DNA from: the human T2T-CHM13v2.0 reference genome, Homo sapiens
Assembly (NCBI RefSeq): GCF_009914755.1
Contig: NC_060930.1
Direction: 5' to 3' (one strand)
Length of the DNA stretch: 64,000 nt
Shown here: positions 15,327 to 29,009 of the stretch, one piece after another
Position numbering within the stretch: position 1 is the first letter of the stretch
How the letters are laid out: each line of letters opens with the position of its first letter
Position numbers and translations under genes: made by a program
The notes under the pieces: model-generated
Seen by the model: only the letters and a program-made list of their open reading frames with translations
Databases searched by the model: none
What the model was told of the DNA's origin: nothing

Positions 15327-16879
15327 ATAAATTTATGTTTCTTATGCAAAATAAATTTCAGTTTCTATTCTCAATATTAGCATGCATTTTCTATTTTTAA
15401 AGAAAAAGAATTATTCCTTGCAAATTCACACTTCTTTGTTTCAGTGTACACATCTATGCTGCACATACCACTCTGATAATCCATTAACTGTTAACACTCC
15501 TACCTTCTTAACTTTTTACATTTTTCACTCCAGAAATTTAAGCTTTTGAGGATATCATTTCCTGCTGAAATCCAGTTAGAGGAGAAATTTTAGGTAATTA
15601 GAAATAATTCTGTTACTACCTGAGCTAAGCAGAAACTGGTTTTTATAAAGAAGGAGGAGTGTGAAAGCTCCCGGCAACTCTACAGATTTGCTTTTCTCAT
15701 CTTTCTTCTCAGAATTTCATCTTACAGCTCAGGAAAGTCGAGGCTAAAGTGGATTTTGCTGAGAGTTTGTCAAGTTAGAGGGGCCAGCGCTGGCTCAGTT
15801 CTCCGCCTGGACACATTTTCTCTTCCTGTGGTCCAACCTCCCAGTGTAAGTGCGATCCCAAGTGGCCTGCCCCTTGAGCAGTCAGGCCCTGTCTCTACTG
15901 CGAGGGATGTAAAAGTTCAGCACCCATGAAGCCTTTGCTGCTAGAGGCTTTGGCCTGTGCTTTGAGCTGTGATTCCAAATCTTCCTTATCTTGAATGATT
16001 GGCTCCCAGTTTTGTTAACTGAATCTGCCTGGGGATCTGCCTAATAATTTTCATGCTCTTTATTTTGCTTTGGGCTAGTCCTAGTCTTTCTCTCAGCCCT
16101 CACACCCCTCTTGACTCTACAAGGAGTTGAAGTCTTGCCACTGATCCCCACCCAATGGTTGAGACTTTACCTATCAGCTTGAATATTCCCAGTTGCAGTA
16201 TTTAACTTGTTCACTGAAACACCCTTTTACTGCCTGATGCCCACGGTACTGTTAATGGGGGCAGAGCTGCCGTTTGGATCCTGGGCTCTGTCTCCTGGTT
16301 TAGACTTCCTCACAGTACCAACAGCTGGGATATCTCCTTTTGTATGTTCCATGCTGGTGCGGGAGTGCCAGGTCCTAAACCCAGGTCAGCCCTGCTCCAG
16401 GATAGCTAATTGAATAATGTCCAGTAATCCCCATTAAATAACAATAGGTATAGGTGGAAATATTTACATGTTCTATTGGGATTTCGTTATATTTCCTAAT
16501 TTTATAAGTGGCCTGTTTCTATATTTGCACTGATCCACTCCTTTTTCCCACCTACCTGCTGAAAAATCATATCCTCTCTCCATGGCAATATTTGCTTCAT
16601 GCTCATCTTCGTATTCATTTTCTCAATGGGGCAGACTCCCGTTGCACCATATTGGTGGAGAGATGAAATTTCTGTCCTGGATTATCATATTCTGTCTTAT
16701 CTCATTCATTTGCTCTTCTGTGCTCAGTGAGGTATGATAGAAGTGGCAGTGTGGTGAAACTAGGAGGCCAGTAAAAAACGTAAGTAATTTTCACCTTGGT
16801 TTTTTCTGTTTCAAGTTCCTGGGGCCCTCTTTTCTCCTCTCTTTTCCTCTGATGAGATCAAGGACTCAGTGGTGTCAGC

Positions 16880-16990
16880 TATAGTCACCTTATTAATAAC
16901 TACTATCTTAGTACTCACAACAATCCTGCAGGCTGGGCATGGTGAGGCCCATTTTGCAGATGAGGAAACTAAGATGCAGAAAGGTCAAGA
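16880..16990 (-). mobile_element. MIR SINE fragment
   Basis: 'ctcacaacaatcct...cccattttgcagatgaggaaactaag'. Confidence 0.8.
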
Positions 16991-17480
16991 TTATTTTGCT
17001 TTTAGCTCTTCGCTGTTCACGTCCCTTCAACTGCACAGTGGTGAGCAGGGAAGGGTTATCAAGGGGGCTCAGGGGGACTGAATGTGCACAGGAGCAGGAG
17101 AGGGTTTTGTGGGGAGCAGAGAGGATCACAGGAAGTTTTAGTTCCTGGGTCTCAGACAAGTGGGCAGAAGCAAAGGCAAATCCAGATGCTGAAGGTTTGG
17201 CTCTTGGGACTGCAGTCTATTAACGAAGGAGAGGTAAGAAGGGAAAGGAGATGTCTGAGTATTCAAGGTTATGTCTGGAATGGTTCATTTCTTGGCCAGC
17301 TCTGACTTTTTGCAGTGTGACTAGAGAAGTCTGTGATCAATTATTGCTGCCTGCCTCAGTGGGAAGGCGAGGTGAGTGAAAGCATGCTTATTTTCTGATC
17401 CTGCTCAATATTCCAGCTGGCACTATTTAGAGCTGAAAAGGGAACCCAAAAGAGAAGCAAGGTGGTAAAATTTGGATTGA

Positions 17481-17596
17481 GACTGAGTGTGGTGGCTCAC
17501 ACCTGTAATCCCAGCACTTTGGAAGGCTGAGGCAGGCAAGTTGCTTTAGCCCAGGGGTTTGAAACCAACCTGGGCAACATAGCAAGACTCCATGTC
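17481..17596 (+). mobile_element. Alu left monomer (FLAM_C-like)
   Basis: 'gtggtggctcacacctgtaatcccagcacttt...cctgggcaacatagcaagac'. Confidence 0.88.
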
Positions 17597-17689
17597 TGTT
17601 GTTTTTGAAATCAGTTTAAAAAAAAGACTTAGATTAGATGTATCAAAACAATATTCATTGTAACTGTGACATATTTGAATAAATCCTTG

Positions 17690-18213
17690 AGGGGCTTGTA
17701 CCAGCCTGTACAAGTCAGACTACTGCACCCCATCACATCTTATTTAGTCTCTTGCCATTCTCCCTTCCCCTCACCCACTTCATCTGCTTACTTTGCTTGG
17801 GGGAAGGCAGGAGGAGGGGCACATAAACATGTAGCAAGTTCCTGCCTCTGGCATTTTCTGGTCATGTTGCTCCTTCCTGGGATGTGCTTCACGCAGATGT
17901 GGGCAGGGTTTGCTTCCTGTGGCCTTTGTCAAATGTCATCTCACTGATAAGTCTTCCCTGACTGCCATACATAAGAAGGCAGCCTCTCTCCTCCCATCAT
18001 CTGGGCATCTTCTATCCATTTGACTTTGCCTTATCTTTCCCGATTGCTCTGGTTACATATGCATTTACTGCCTGTCTCCCCTCCACCACCCCACCCCCAG
18101 CTGGAATGTCCGCTCTGGGAGGGCAGGCCATGCATTCTGTGCACTGCCATTGACCCAGCACGGAGAGGCACCCTAAGAGTAGGAGGTGCTTGAGACGTAT
18201 TTGTTGAACAAAT
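17690..18213 (+). mobile_element. L2 LINE 3' fragment
   Basis: 'tcaaatgtcatc...cttccctgac', 'tgcctgtctcccc', end 'tatttgttgaacaaat'. Confidence 0.7.
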
Positions 18214-18594
18214 TTATGCTAATTATCTTGTAGAACAATATCTCTCAGGCTTAATGCTAATGTGTTTAACTCTACTTCTTACATATTGTATTTTATTATG
18301 ATACAAATTTTGTTAATGACAATATTATCTTGTGACTTAATAAAGTGTCCTCTTATTCATCCCCATGCCAGTTTTAAGTGGCCTGTAGAGATATAAATAA
18401 TAGGACACGAATAAATATAAAGAAGAAAGAAGAAAAAGAATAGAGAGTAAAGTGAAGTCCGTGGTAGAATTAGAAAACAAAATATTAGTCTTCTGTTAAT
18501 CAAGCCAATGGATTCTATTCAAAACTTGGAAAAAAGAGAAAAAAAGAAAAAAAGACAAGCATGCTACTCTAGTTCCACCAGGCTGCTGTGAAAA

Positions 18595-18716
18595 AAATCT
18601 GGTTTTGAATCCAGGTCTTGTTACTTACCAGATGCCTACTTAGGCAAATGACTTAATTTCTCAGATTCTGACTTTACCTTTCTATAAAACAGATATAATT
18701 AGAGTGTCGACCTCAT
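18595..18716 (+). mobile_element. MIR fragment
   Basis: 'ttttgaatccaggtcttgttacttacc...ggcaaatgacttaa'. Confidence 0.65.
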
Positions 18717-19689
18717 CTACCCTTTAAGCAACAAAACCACTCTGTGAAGATGCAGAGTTCAAGAAGGAACCCATTATATCATACACCTAAGTGACATAAT
18801 GTATATTTTTTAATGGAAAATTACCCAAACACTATCCCTTCGAATCTCTTCTAAACACAAACGTCACGTACTGACCTGGCTTGGGCTTGGTGTGAAATGT
18901 GGTAATAAACACACCCTGTATTTATAGATTGAAATGGAAGCAGTGCTTTCACATAGAGTTCCTACAACCCCCTAAACTAATTTGCTAGGCTTCTACCTTA
19001 GTGCACCAACAGGAACTGCCTGTAGAAATGAATAAGCTAGTCTGGGTGGACCATACTGTAAGTAACAGCCACCAGGAAAAAAACAAATCCTGAGGAAAAT
19101 TAATTTTCAACAGTGAAACAGGGCAGAGAAACCAGAACCGGTGTTTCTCCTGCTTGTGATTTATAGCATGTCTTCTCTTAACTCACAATAATGAATCACC
19201 GACTTTTCTTCCAAGGAGTCTATTCTCTGAGTTTGACTCTGTACACGCAAGGACAGGACCTTTCCTTCCATGTGGAATCCCTCTACACTAAGCTTCCACA
19301 TCCTATTCTTTCCCAAATTAACAAAAAATCTCCAAAAGGAATTTCTCCAAAGAGGATTTTCTCCCTCATCCCATTCCTGGTTCTTCAGACTCCTCAGCTG
19401 AGGTTCACCATGAGGCAAATTTCTAACAATTGGATTAGGGCATAAAATTCATATTCTTCTAAAGAACGTTTGCATGATTCAAAGGTAAATGTCAAAACAG
19501 TGATGGAAAACCTGTTGTGATCAAAACTGGTATGTATTTTGTAGTTGTGCTTAAGTTTAAAAATATGTATTTAACAGACAACGGATAGTGTAACTCTCTT
19601 AAATATACAGTTATGTAGTGTGCTATTGAAGAATCACATTTACCTGGAATTTCATCAACTTTTAGTTGTGGTTCCACTTATTATTTGTA

Positions 19690-21380
19690 CCCTGGTTTGC
19701 TCAAAGCCAGCCTCTTCTAAGCAGAGTTGCCACAGATCTCCTTTTTGACAAATCTGGTGTTAACACTTCTCGATATCCAGTTTATTTCACATCTTGGCAG
19801 CCTCTGGCACTATTGACCTTTCATTCCCTTCTTCTAGAAACATTTCATCTCAGTGGTCATCATGATAACCCCCTCTTCACATTTCCCTACCATCTCTGTA
19901 GCTATTCCTTCTCGGTGTTCTTTGAGGTTTCTCTTCTTCCACTTATTATCTTAAATATGGCTTTTCCTCAGGGCTCTGTTCTAGGCCTTTCTCCTCTCAC
20001 TCCAAGCTCTGCTTAAGCAACCTGTCCTGTGTCCAAGGATGCTGTAATTACCATGTTATTTACATCTTCATAAAAGGTTTCTCACCTGAACTCAACGCTA
20101 TTTATTCAACACTTACATGTCTTCTGCAGTTAGATAATAACAGGCACTTCAACCTTAACATGCCCAGTGAAATGCACTGTCTTCCACCCCTCACCTTCTC
20201 TTCCTTCTGCATCTTTTCCTTCCATGACTATCCACCCCATTGTCCAGGATGGAATTACAGGTACCATCCTAGATTTCCGAGTGTGATACTTTCTACTTTC
20301 TACCCATCCTCTTCTCCCTGTTCCCACTGCTGAGACCTGAATTCAGACCAGTGTAACCTTCTACTCTGTTTACTGCCCCAGCCTCTTAACTGGTCTTCCT
20401 GCCTCCTGTCTCATTCCCATCCAATTCATTCTTTACTTTGTTCCTAATATACAAATCTGATCAAGACATTCACATTTAAATCCATTTAATGGCTTATTCT
20501 GAGAGTATAATCATTGTTGCCAGGGGCTGGGAGTTGCAGGGGGATGGAAAGATGTTGGTCAAATGGTACAAAGTTTCAGTTAGATAGGAGAAATAAGTTT
20601 GGGAGATTTATTACACAGTGTGGTGACTATGGTTAATAATAGTGTACTGTACACTCAAAAATTGCTAAGAAAGTAGACCTTAAATGTTCTTATAACAATA
20701 AATGATAAGTATGTGAGGTGATAAGTTAATTAGCTTGATTTAATCATTTCACAATGTATACATATATCAAAATATTACACAGACCACAAATATATAAAAT
20801 TTTTATTTGCCAATCATACTTTAATTTATAAATTAAAAAGTAATGAAACCATCAGTGGCTTCTAATTACCCTCAGGATAAAGTCCAAAGTCCAAGAGTCC
20901 AGTCTATACAACCTTAATGCTTGCTTTTTTAGCATTACCCCTTCCTTTCTGACACTTTTCCTTCTCCCCTCACCTCCCATACTTAGGCTTCTAAGCTTCA
21001 GGCTTTCTTGAAATCTTTCTGTTCTCTAATGCTGCCTCCTCTGCCTATTGCATTCTTGTTCCTGTACAACCCCACTCCTCCCTAACCTGATTAACTCCTT
21101 TGCATCCATCAGCTGTCAATGGAGCTGTCACTTCTTTCAGGAAACCTTCCTGAAGTGAAGCAGCGCCTCCACTGTGCAAACTCATTGTGTCTGGATCCTC
21201 CCTTCATGCCTGGTCCCATGGCACTGTAACTGTCTGTGGACTTGCAAGCCTCGACAGCTTTGTATGCCTGTGGACAGTGTCTGAACTATTTCTGGTGGAA
21301 TCCCTGTGTCTTACATAGTGCATAGCATGTAGAAGGTACTCAATAAATATTTGTGGAAATATTAATAAAAGAAAGAATAA
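19690..21380 (+). mobile_element. L2 LINE 3' portion, interrupted by an L1MA fragment
   Basis: 'cctcagggctctgttctaggcc', 'cctcttaactggtcttcctgcctcc', end 'tcaataaatatttgtggaa'. Confidence 0.8.
20499..20845 (+). mobile_element. L1MA (MA8-10-like) 3' end
   Basis: 'ggtacaaagtttcagttagatagg', 'aaattgctaag', 'gttaattagcttgatttaatcatttcacaatgtatac'; degenerate TSD aaatccatttaatggctt / aaaccatcagtggctt. Confidence 0.88.
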
Positions 21381-21519
21381 AATCTAATTGTCAGATTCTA
21401 GTTGATTATATAACATGTCTGTCTATGCATAAATTATGAGCAGCAGAATCTTTAGTATCTTAGGCAGAGGTTGGAAGAATACTCATCTTAAAATTGAAAA
21501 AACATCTATAACACCACCC

Positions 21520-21725
21520 AATAGTTACTGAGTATTTATCACGGGTAGACTTTATTTATTATTATTAACATGTGTGAAGTGCTTCATGTGTGTTATGTCA
21601 TTTTGTTCTCACAGTGATCTGGGAGGCAGGGACTATTATTTTTTCCACAGAGCAGACAAAGAAAATGAGGCTGAGGGAGATGAAGCATTTGGCAAAAGTC
21701 AGTTGGCAGAGCTAGGATTCTATGC
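21520..21725 (-). mobile_element. MIR (degraded)
   Basis: 'gaaaatgaggctgaggga...ggcagagctaggattc'. Confidence 0.6.
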
Positions 21726-22264
21726 AATCCCCAAAGCTCATAAAAAACCATTTGACAAAATGGATAAATATGTTCAACCAAAATGTATTGAGGACTTGTT
21801 CTTTGCAAAATACCATGCATACACACAATTCCTGCTCTGCTCCAGTGAGAATAACCAGGAACCCTGAAGAGAAGGCATTGCATTAAGCTAGTTATTACCA
21901 TCAGCCTGGCAAAAAATGTTCTGTATTACAGGGAAGCATATAATTGGGCAAACCAAAAATCTTTTCAGCTTTTCTGCATTCAATGCTGTAATTTCATTTA
22001 TTTATCATAAAATGTGACTTCACAGGTTTATTAACAGTCAAATCCAGATGCAAATGCAAATAGAGAAATATAGTAGAAAACCAAATAGCAGATTCTCATT
22101 ATCTGCCTTTTGTTGAAATCTATGCCAATGCTCTCCATTGTAAAGAAGTGCTGAATTACAGAATTTTAGGCCTGAGAGAAACCTAGAAATTATTTACCCA
22201 ATTCTTCCCAGTTATGTCTAATCCTGAAGTCCAAAGAACATAACTAGTAACTGTGAGACTACCA

Positions 22265-22832
22265 GTAACTCATGAAAACTGGTTGGCCATATCTATGAAA
22301 GCTGAACTTCTATTTATTCTGTGGCCCAGCCATTCCACTCCTTGGAATAGACCCAACAGAGGTGCTTTCATATTTTGCCAAAGGCCATGTATAATAATGC
22401 TCATAGTAGCATTTTTTTCAATAACCCCAAACTAGAATCAAAGCAGTGATCATCAATAGTAGGCTGGGTAAGTAAAATATATTTAAACAATGGAATGTAC
22501 TGTGCGACAATGAGAACAAAGTATAACTACAAACAGCCAAGAAAATAAATGTCAAAAACATTATGCCAAGTTATGACTATGTTTATACTGTGTTCATAAA
22601 AACAGGAAAATCTAATCTACAGTGTCATGAGTCAGGAGAATGGTTATTAAGGGCTGGGAGGTGACAACTGGAAGGGGACACAGAAGTGTTTGTTGGATGC
22701 TGGTGATTTCTGTTTCTTGATCCAAGTGCTAGTTACACAGGCGGGCTCACCTTGTGAAAATCCAGTGAGCTATACACTTACAATGTATACATTTTTCTGT
22801 GTGTATGTTAGATTTCAATATAAATTTGAAAA
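22265..22832 (+). mobile_element. Ancient L1 (L1ME-like) 3' end
   Basis: 'cccagccattccactccttggaata.acccaacaga', 'tgtttcttgatc...gttacacagg', 'cttgtgaaaatcca'. Confidence 0.75.
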
Positions 22833-24119
22833 GAAACCTTGGAACTCATTTAAGCCTAAGACATTATCAAAAAATTTTCTGGCACAATGGGAAAAATTTG
22901 TGAAATGCCTTGAATCTTAATTCTGCTAAAACTAACATTTGTTCCAGTCATAGATCAATAAAAACAAATACTTCAGTATTGCAAACATTTGCTAAAGAAA
23001 CAAATATGTTTGATGAGAAAACAAAAATCAGTATTTCCTTTGGCAAGTACTTGCTGTATTGGAGGTAGCAAATGTAAAACTTGTAAAGTGTGACTGCATT
23101 TGTTTACATGCTCAATTTACACAAGATTCAGAATTTTGTAAAGCTGCATTGCATTTTTAAAAACTGTAGGAATAAAAATAATTGTGACAGGAATAAAAAG
23201 ATTGCATTTCTAGAATGTTGTTATGGATGTGTCTCAACTCCACATAGTTGTATGATGCCTGGCAGCAATAGGCGTGCATTTGCTGTATGAATGAAGATAG
23301 TATACAGGGTACTCTTTAGAATACTTCTTATCAATCTTTGTTGACACCATGATTATTTTTAATACCTGGTTAAATAGGAAATTACTAATACTTTCTCAGT
23401 ATCCTAGTAGACATTGAATGGAGAACGACTAAAAAAAAATCTCTATCAAAGTGCTAATTCATATTATTTTACAAAATACTTCCAAATGACATATGAAGCC
23501 AGTCATTTAAGATAAGGAAGTTTCATTAAAGAAAAACTTGAGATCTCAGAAAAATGAATTAGAAATTCCCCCTCCCCCAACTACATTTAGAGAAAATATT
23601 GAGACAGAAGTATGATTCTCCCTGGAAGTAACTATATATTAAATCAGTGTCAAGAAAACCTTAGAAAGTATTAGCTTTCAGGGAAAAACACTTACAATTT
23701 ATATTTTCTATTTTTCAGTAATATATCCTTACTATGACTCTAAAATCTGTCTAATGCACCATTAACATTTTAAAAGAAAGTTCTCTAGTTCTTACCAAAA
23801 AGAAATAAATAATATCTGACAACAGCATTAGGGAACATAAACATAAAATTACCTGTTATTAAAAACTGAACACATTTTTCTCAAAGAAATATGTTACTCA
23901 GCTATAAAATAGTATGTTTGCCATTCACACTAATGTTTCAACATTATGGTTCAATCTTCTAAAAAGCTGACATGGAAAATAATGGTGTAATAAACTAATT
24001 CATCATAATGTGCAAAAGAAACCACTGGAATAAATTGTAATAACCTTTCAAAAACTAGCAGCTTTTAAAAGTATTAATTTCTACTCCAGATAATTGGAAA
24101 GGACACCTGGGTGGGTAGG

Positions 24120-24460
24120 CAATATTTTTTATGGGATTGCTCTGTCAGGAGCTCAGATTGTCTCTGGACTCAGCAATGATCATTTAGAACTAAATGACAG
24201 TGAATCTTGCAAATGGGTCTTCCTAGATGGTGTTTGCCATAAATTACCAAACCCAACTCCCCTCAAGGTCAGCGATATGAGAGGGCAGATATCAAACGGC
24301 CTTCGTGGAGACCTAGATTGGTCCTCGGGTTTCTCATAAATGGACAATAGTTGTGTTGGCTGCCATAAAATCAACTTAATGGACTGACAACATAAATTAC
24401 CATCAAACTTTGACAACATTCCTCCTTAGGAAACAACTGAAGAATGCTTTTATATCAAAG
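24120..24460. promoter_or_regulatory. Candidate developmental enhancer (posterior HOX/CDX, MEIS and TCF motifs)
   Basis: Five CATAAA/TTTATG cores, four TGACA sites and ATCAAAG in non-repeat DNA with retained CpGs; motif-based only. Confidence 0.4.
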
Positions 24461-24622
24461 CTGGGGAAAATGGATAACAATATGTTTTGCTCTATACTAG
24501 ATCATAAATATTTTTAACAATGCTAAGTGGAGAATGAATTAATATTAGAAGCCATGATATGTTTTACCTGATGCATTAAAAACAGCATCTAAGTAATTCT
24601 AAAACGACAGTTGCTTCCTGAA

Positions 24623-24626
<4 letters not shown>

Positions 24627-24680
<54 letters not shown>
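24627..24680. repeat. (TA)27 microsatellite
   Basis: Read directly. Confidence 0.98.
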
Positions 24681-24683
<3 letters not shown>

Positions 24684-25439
24684 GCAATGGCGTGTATGTG
24701 TGTATGTGTTAGGGAAGAAGGTTGCATTTGCCTGGCACTCAATATTTTCACTAAGTATAAGCAATCAAAAATGATATTACTTGTTTTCTAATCTTTTTTA
24801 TCTATTAATATACAGTCCACTGGACCCATAGGAAGAGATTCTTGACCTCTCACCCTACTTTGGATAAATCATAAAATCACTTTCTCTATGGCTGCATTTT
24901 TCCACTTGGAAAGTAACGTAATTATTATACAAATATATTTTGAAGACAATGGAATTATTCCTAAAATGAAGACACAAAAACCCCCAAGTTACTGGAAAAT
25001 CATATTAACATATTTGTGAAAATAATCAAATCTAGACTTAATCAATTCACATTTTAAAAAGCCAATTTGGTAGAAAATTAATTTAGAAATCTAAATTAAT
25101 AAAATAGAATTTTGGAGGTAAATGAAACATCATTTTTTAGTTGAATTTTCATCTAATTGTGCTGCCATTCTGTATCTGCAGTTATTATTATTGTGACATA
25201 AAGATAAAATTATTCTCTCAGTAATTTTTATAATAGAATTTATTATCTCTTAAAATGCAGCAGTGTCCTTTAGATTTTGCTAAAAGAAGTGCTACGTCGA
25301 GTAAAAGCAACATCTTCCTTGGATCCAGTGGCATCTCAGGCCAGGAATATTATATATAATGTCTCGTGAACTCCATACATTTTATAAACTATAAAAGTTT
25401 CCAAATAGGATTTAAAATTAGTGTATTTTGTCTGTTCTC

Positions 25440-26160
25440 CTCCCACATCTAGTCATCACCTTCTGTCACGTCTTCCTTTGAACTATCTCTTACATTAATT
25501 TCTTTCCTTCTGTTCCTGTTATCACTTCTGCCCAGAACCTCATCACCTTATACCTGAATTATTGCAGTAGTTTCTTTGCTCCTGTTCTTTTTCCACCAAT
25601 CCATCCTGCCTAGTCCTGCCAGATTAATCTTTTTTAAAGGACTACTTTAATGATGTCACTCCCCTGCTCAAAAGTGTACAATGACTCCCTATCACTTGGA
25701 GGCCACAGGCCAGAGTCTTTAGCTAAAATCAAAGCCTTTGGCTGTCTGGCCTCACCTCCTTTTCCAGTCTTTTCCAGTTCCCTTGCACAAACCTTCAGAA
25801 CAATAAATGAATCTGCTTCCTGGCCACTTGCACCACATGCACCTGCCTGACCAGTGCTGTCCATCCTCTCTGCTGACCCAGTTACCTTCCTTTCTGGAGT
25901 CCTTCTGACCACTTCAACCCATAGTCAGCACCTCCAGCCATGAAGTTGGAGCACTCTTTTTTTTAAGCATGATTTATTTCACAGTTGCAATATTACGTAA
26001 CTTTGGCTTTTGTTACTTAATGGTTACCCTGCCTTTTCTCCTTAATTAATTTGTAAAGTTCTTTGAGGGCGGGGGGTTTTGAATTATTATCTGCCAATGT
26101 CCCCAGCACAACGCTATAAAAATAGTTGGCCATCAATGGACACTTGTTTAATGAATGAAT
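25440..26160 (+). mobile_element. L2 LINE 3' portion
   Basis: 'atgtcactcccctgctcaaaa', 'gttctttgagggcgggg', end 'gtttaatgaatgaat'. Confidence 0.75.
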
Positions 26161-26584
26161 GCAAAATGCTGTTCTAGGCTTCTTATATGATTAGGATGAA
26201 AGCTATTCAGTTGTATTTGTGACTTGTGGTATTTCAGAGCAGCAATTTACATATGTGAGGCAGTTTTCCTGAGTTTAATAAATTCTCTTTCGTTTTTAAA
26301 GTTCTTAGTGAAATTGTAGACTATGAAATACAAATTGAGCACATGAGATTTATAATGTAAAAATCTGACTCAGAAATCATGGGCAGCATTAGAATAAACA
26401 CAAACTAGTCCATATTCGTCGGGCTAATACTAACTATCTGAAAGTTCCTGAATATCATAAAGCTCGGTAAGTTTTAAATAAAACTGAAATCGTCCCAAGA
26501 ATAAGTTAAAAGAAAAAAAGGTAAGTACGCAGTAGTCCAGAGTCTTTATTGTATAAATAAGACATATGTTTTAGCATATAATAT

Positions 26585-26860
26585 TATTTAGTGGAAAGAA
26601 TATGGATTTTTAGAACTTGACAAGACCTGAATTGGTAACTTAGATCTGCTCTTCTCTAGGTGTGCCATTTTGTGTCAGTTACTCAATGTCTTTGAACGTT
26701 AAACCTCTCATAAGGCAAATGAGAATATTAATTTCTAATTTATTTGAAAAATCTGAGATGAATGAACTCTTTTGAGCTGTTTACTAGGATAATGAACTTA
26801 AGGTCTCTAAGGCAGCTAACCCAGTACCTGGCCTGTTAATAAATGGTAGCTACTATTACT
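26585..26860 (+). mobile_element. MIR (degraded)
   Basis: 'agtggaaagaatatggatt...gacctgaatt', end 'tacctggc...aataaatggtagctactatt'. Confidence 0.6.
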
Positions 26861-26932
26861 TAACTAATTAATTAATGTATCTGTCGATCATTGTTTCTAT
26901 TTGAGAGTTTTTCTTTTTCACTCCTAGCCTCT

Positions 26933-27165
26933 CTTATAGTTAAAGAGCATGGGCAGAGGGGTCTAAAAGATCTGGGTTTGAATTGTGGTTCTACCATTTA
27001 TTAGTTTACTAATCTACTTATGAACCTATCTTAGCTGCAGTTTTCTCAGCTGTATAAGAAGACAACAAAATCTCCTTGAACTAATGTTCTGAAGACTAAG
27101 AATGATCCATTTTAAAGTGTCTGGCATACAGCTGGTACTTTATTAAGAGCAGATATTATTATAAT
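26933..27165 (+). mobile_element. MIR SINE
   Basis: 'tagttaaagagcatgggc...ctgggtttgaat...gtgtctggcataca'. Confidence 0.7.
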
Positions 27166-28834
27166 TCTCATGAGTCTTCTCACAGACATCCTGTTATATG
27201 TCAAAGAACACATGCTGATGAATACTTTTAAAGTAAAATATGTAGGATTTTTTTTGCTATAATATTTCACTATCTTGCATAAAAACATAATTTGGTATTA
27301 TAAAAATTATTCCTATAAATAATATTTGTATAGTTTAGAAAATACCTTTACAAAATACCTTACAGTTTACAAAATACCTTTGAAACTGAGGACTATACCC
27401 CCAAATTAGCCATTTGTTGCTGTGTGACTGTGATCATTATTCTTGCAACCCATTCTGCCATCAAAATGCTTAATAATTAACAATAATGATAAACTGCAAA
27501 TACTAAGGAGGCTATGAACAAAGTCCAATGTGTTATTGTCACAGGCCTATATTTTTAGAAATACTTGACAGTTGAAATTGGCCAGATGAAATTCAGCAAT
27601 TGATCATAGATTCTCCATCTCAGCAGTATATCTTGGAAGCAGAGGCCTCCTCTAGGCAGGCTTTGACAAAGGACATCTAAAACTGGTTTCTTAACTTCTT
27701 TTTGACTTCTAAAATACCGTCTAAAGTATTGGTTAAGTTGCCTGTTCTCATTTGGGTTAAAATACAATTCTTAAAACATCTGGAGTAAGTAATTCTGAAA
27801 TAAACGTATATAAGTCTAAACAAAAGAATAGAAAGAAATTTGGGTAATTTTCTTAAATTTAAATAAATATACTATGTCACATGCTGAGATTAATGACATT
27901 ATCTAAACTCGGTAGGAATGCAATTAAGTGCTAAGAAACAGAAAGCACCTCACAGTTTTATAAGACTGAGCCATTTTTACTATCATAATAACTGAAGCAT
28001 GTGCTTAATAACTCATCAAATACATTTACTTCCCTTCAACATCTACAAGGTCAAAACCAGTCATCAGCCATAACTTAAAGTACCATTAATTCCTCTGAAA
28101 AACTGTTAAAGAGATTGTTCCAAGAAGCACTGGGCTGTATCCCATTGAGGTTCCTGGGGTGTTTCAGGGATGCTGGGATGTACTTTTAAAATGATGTATG
28201 GATGGATAGTATTATTCTTAATGCTCCAGATGAAGAGCTTGCCATACAACTGTTCCTTATACAAGGTACAGGGCTCCATATGCAACAGTTCTGATATTTA
28301 ATGTTTTGTCCTATGTCCAATCCTTGGTTTAGTGATTATGGCCATTATACCTACATTTTAAAACATGATCTAACATGTAAGGGTAACTGCCACTTAGTAA
28401 CTGAGAACTGCACAGCATCGGGTCAGCATCAGCGCTAGGTCACTAGGGGCAATCTTGTCTAGATTTGCTCCCAGAATCCCTGCATGAGCATGGGCTTTCT
28501 ACATCTTTGGTCTTTGTTTCATTTTATTACTTCCACTTCTTCCCCATCGCCTGCCAGGGTTTTCAAATCCTTTGGGGATGTTTGGTTTCAATGTTTATAT
28601 TTACCAAACTCACAACTATAATTAATATTTATAGCACCTCTAATCATTTCAAAGCTATTTCACAAATAAAATATCTTGATCTTCATAGTAATGTCATGTG
28701 AGATGAGAAAATTGAAGCATGAAGAAGTTCTATAATATGCCTGAGGCAACTTGACGTCAGTGTCAGAGTACCTACCTCAGGACACTGAACCTCGCGCTCA
28801 CTTCACCCCCATGACTGCTACATCATTGGTTTGG

Positions 28835-29005
28835 TCTTTGGATTAGACTTGCGCCGGAAATTCTTTCTCACCAGCTCTGTGATTTTTAAACATATTAGTT
28901 AAACTCTCTGGATTTTAGCTTCCTTGTTGGTAAATGGGGACAACAATGCCTACTTCATAGAGTTATTTGAGGATTACATGAAATGATGTATGTAAAGTTA
29001 AAAAC
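28835..29005 (+). mobile_element. MIR fragment
   Basis: 'taaatggggacaacaatgcctacttcatagagttatttgaggatta'. Confidence 0.7.
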
Positions 29006-29009
29006 CTAA

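Noticed and set aside
27332-27381. Three copies of aaaatacctt
   Set aside because: Low-complexity slippage repeat with no sign of function.
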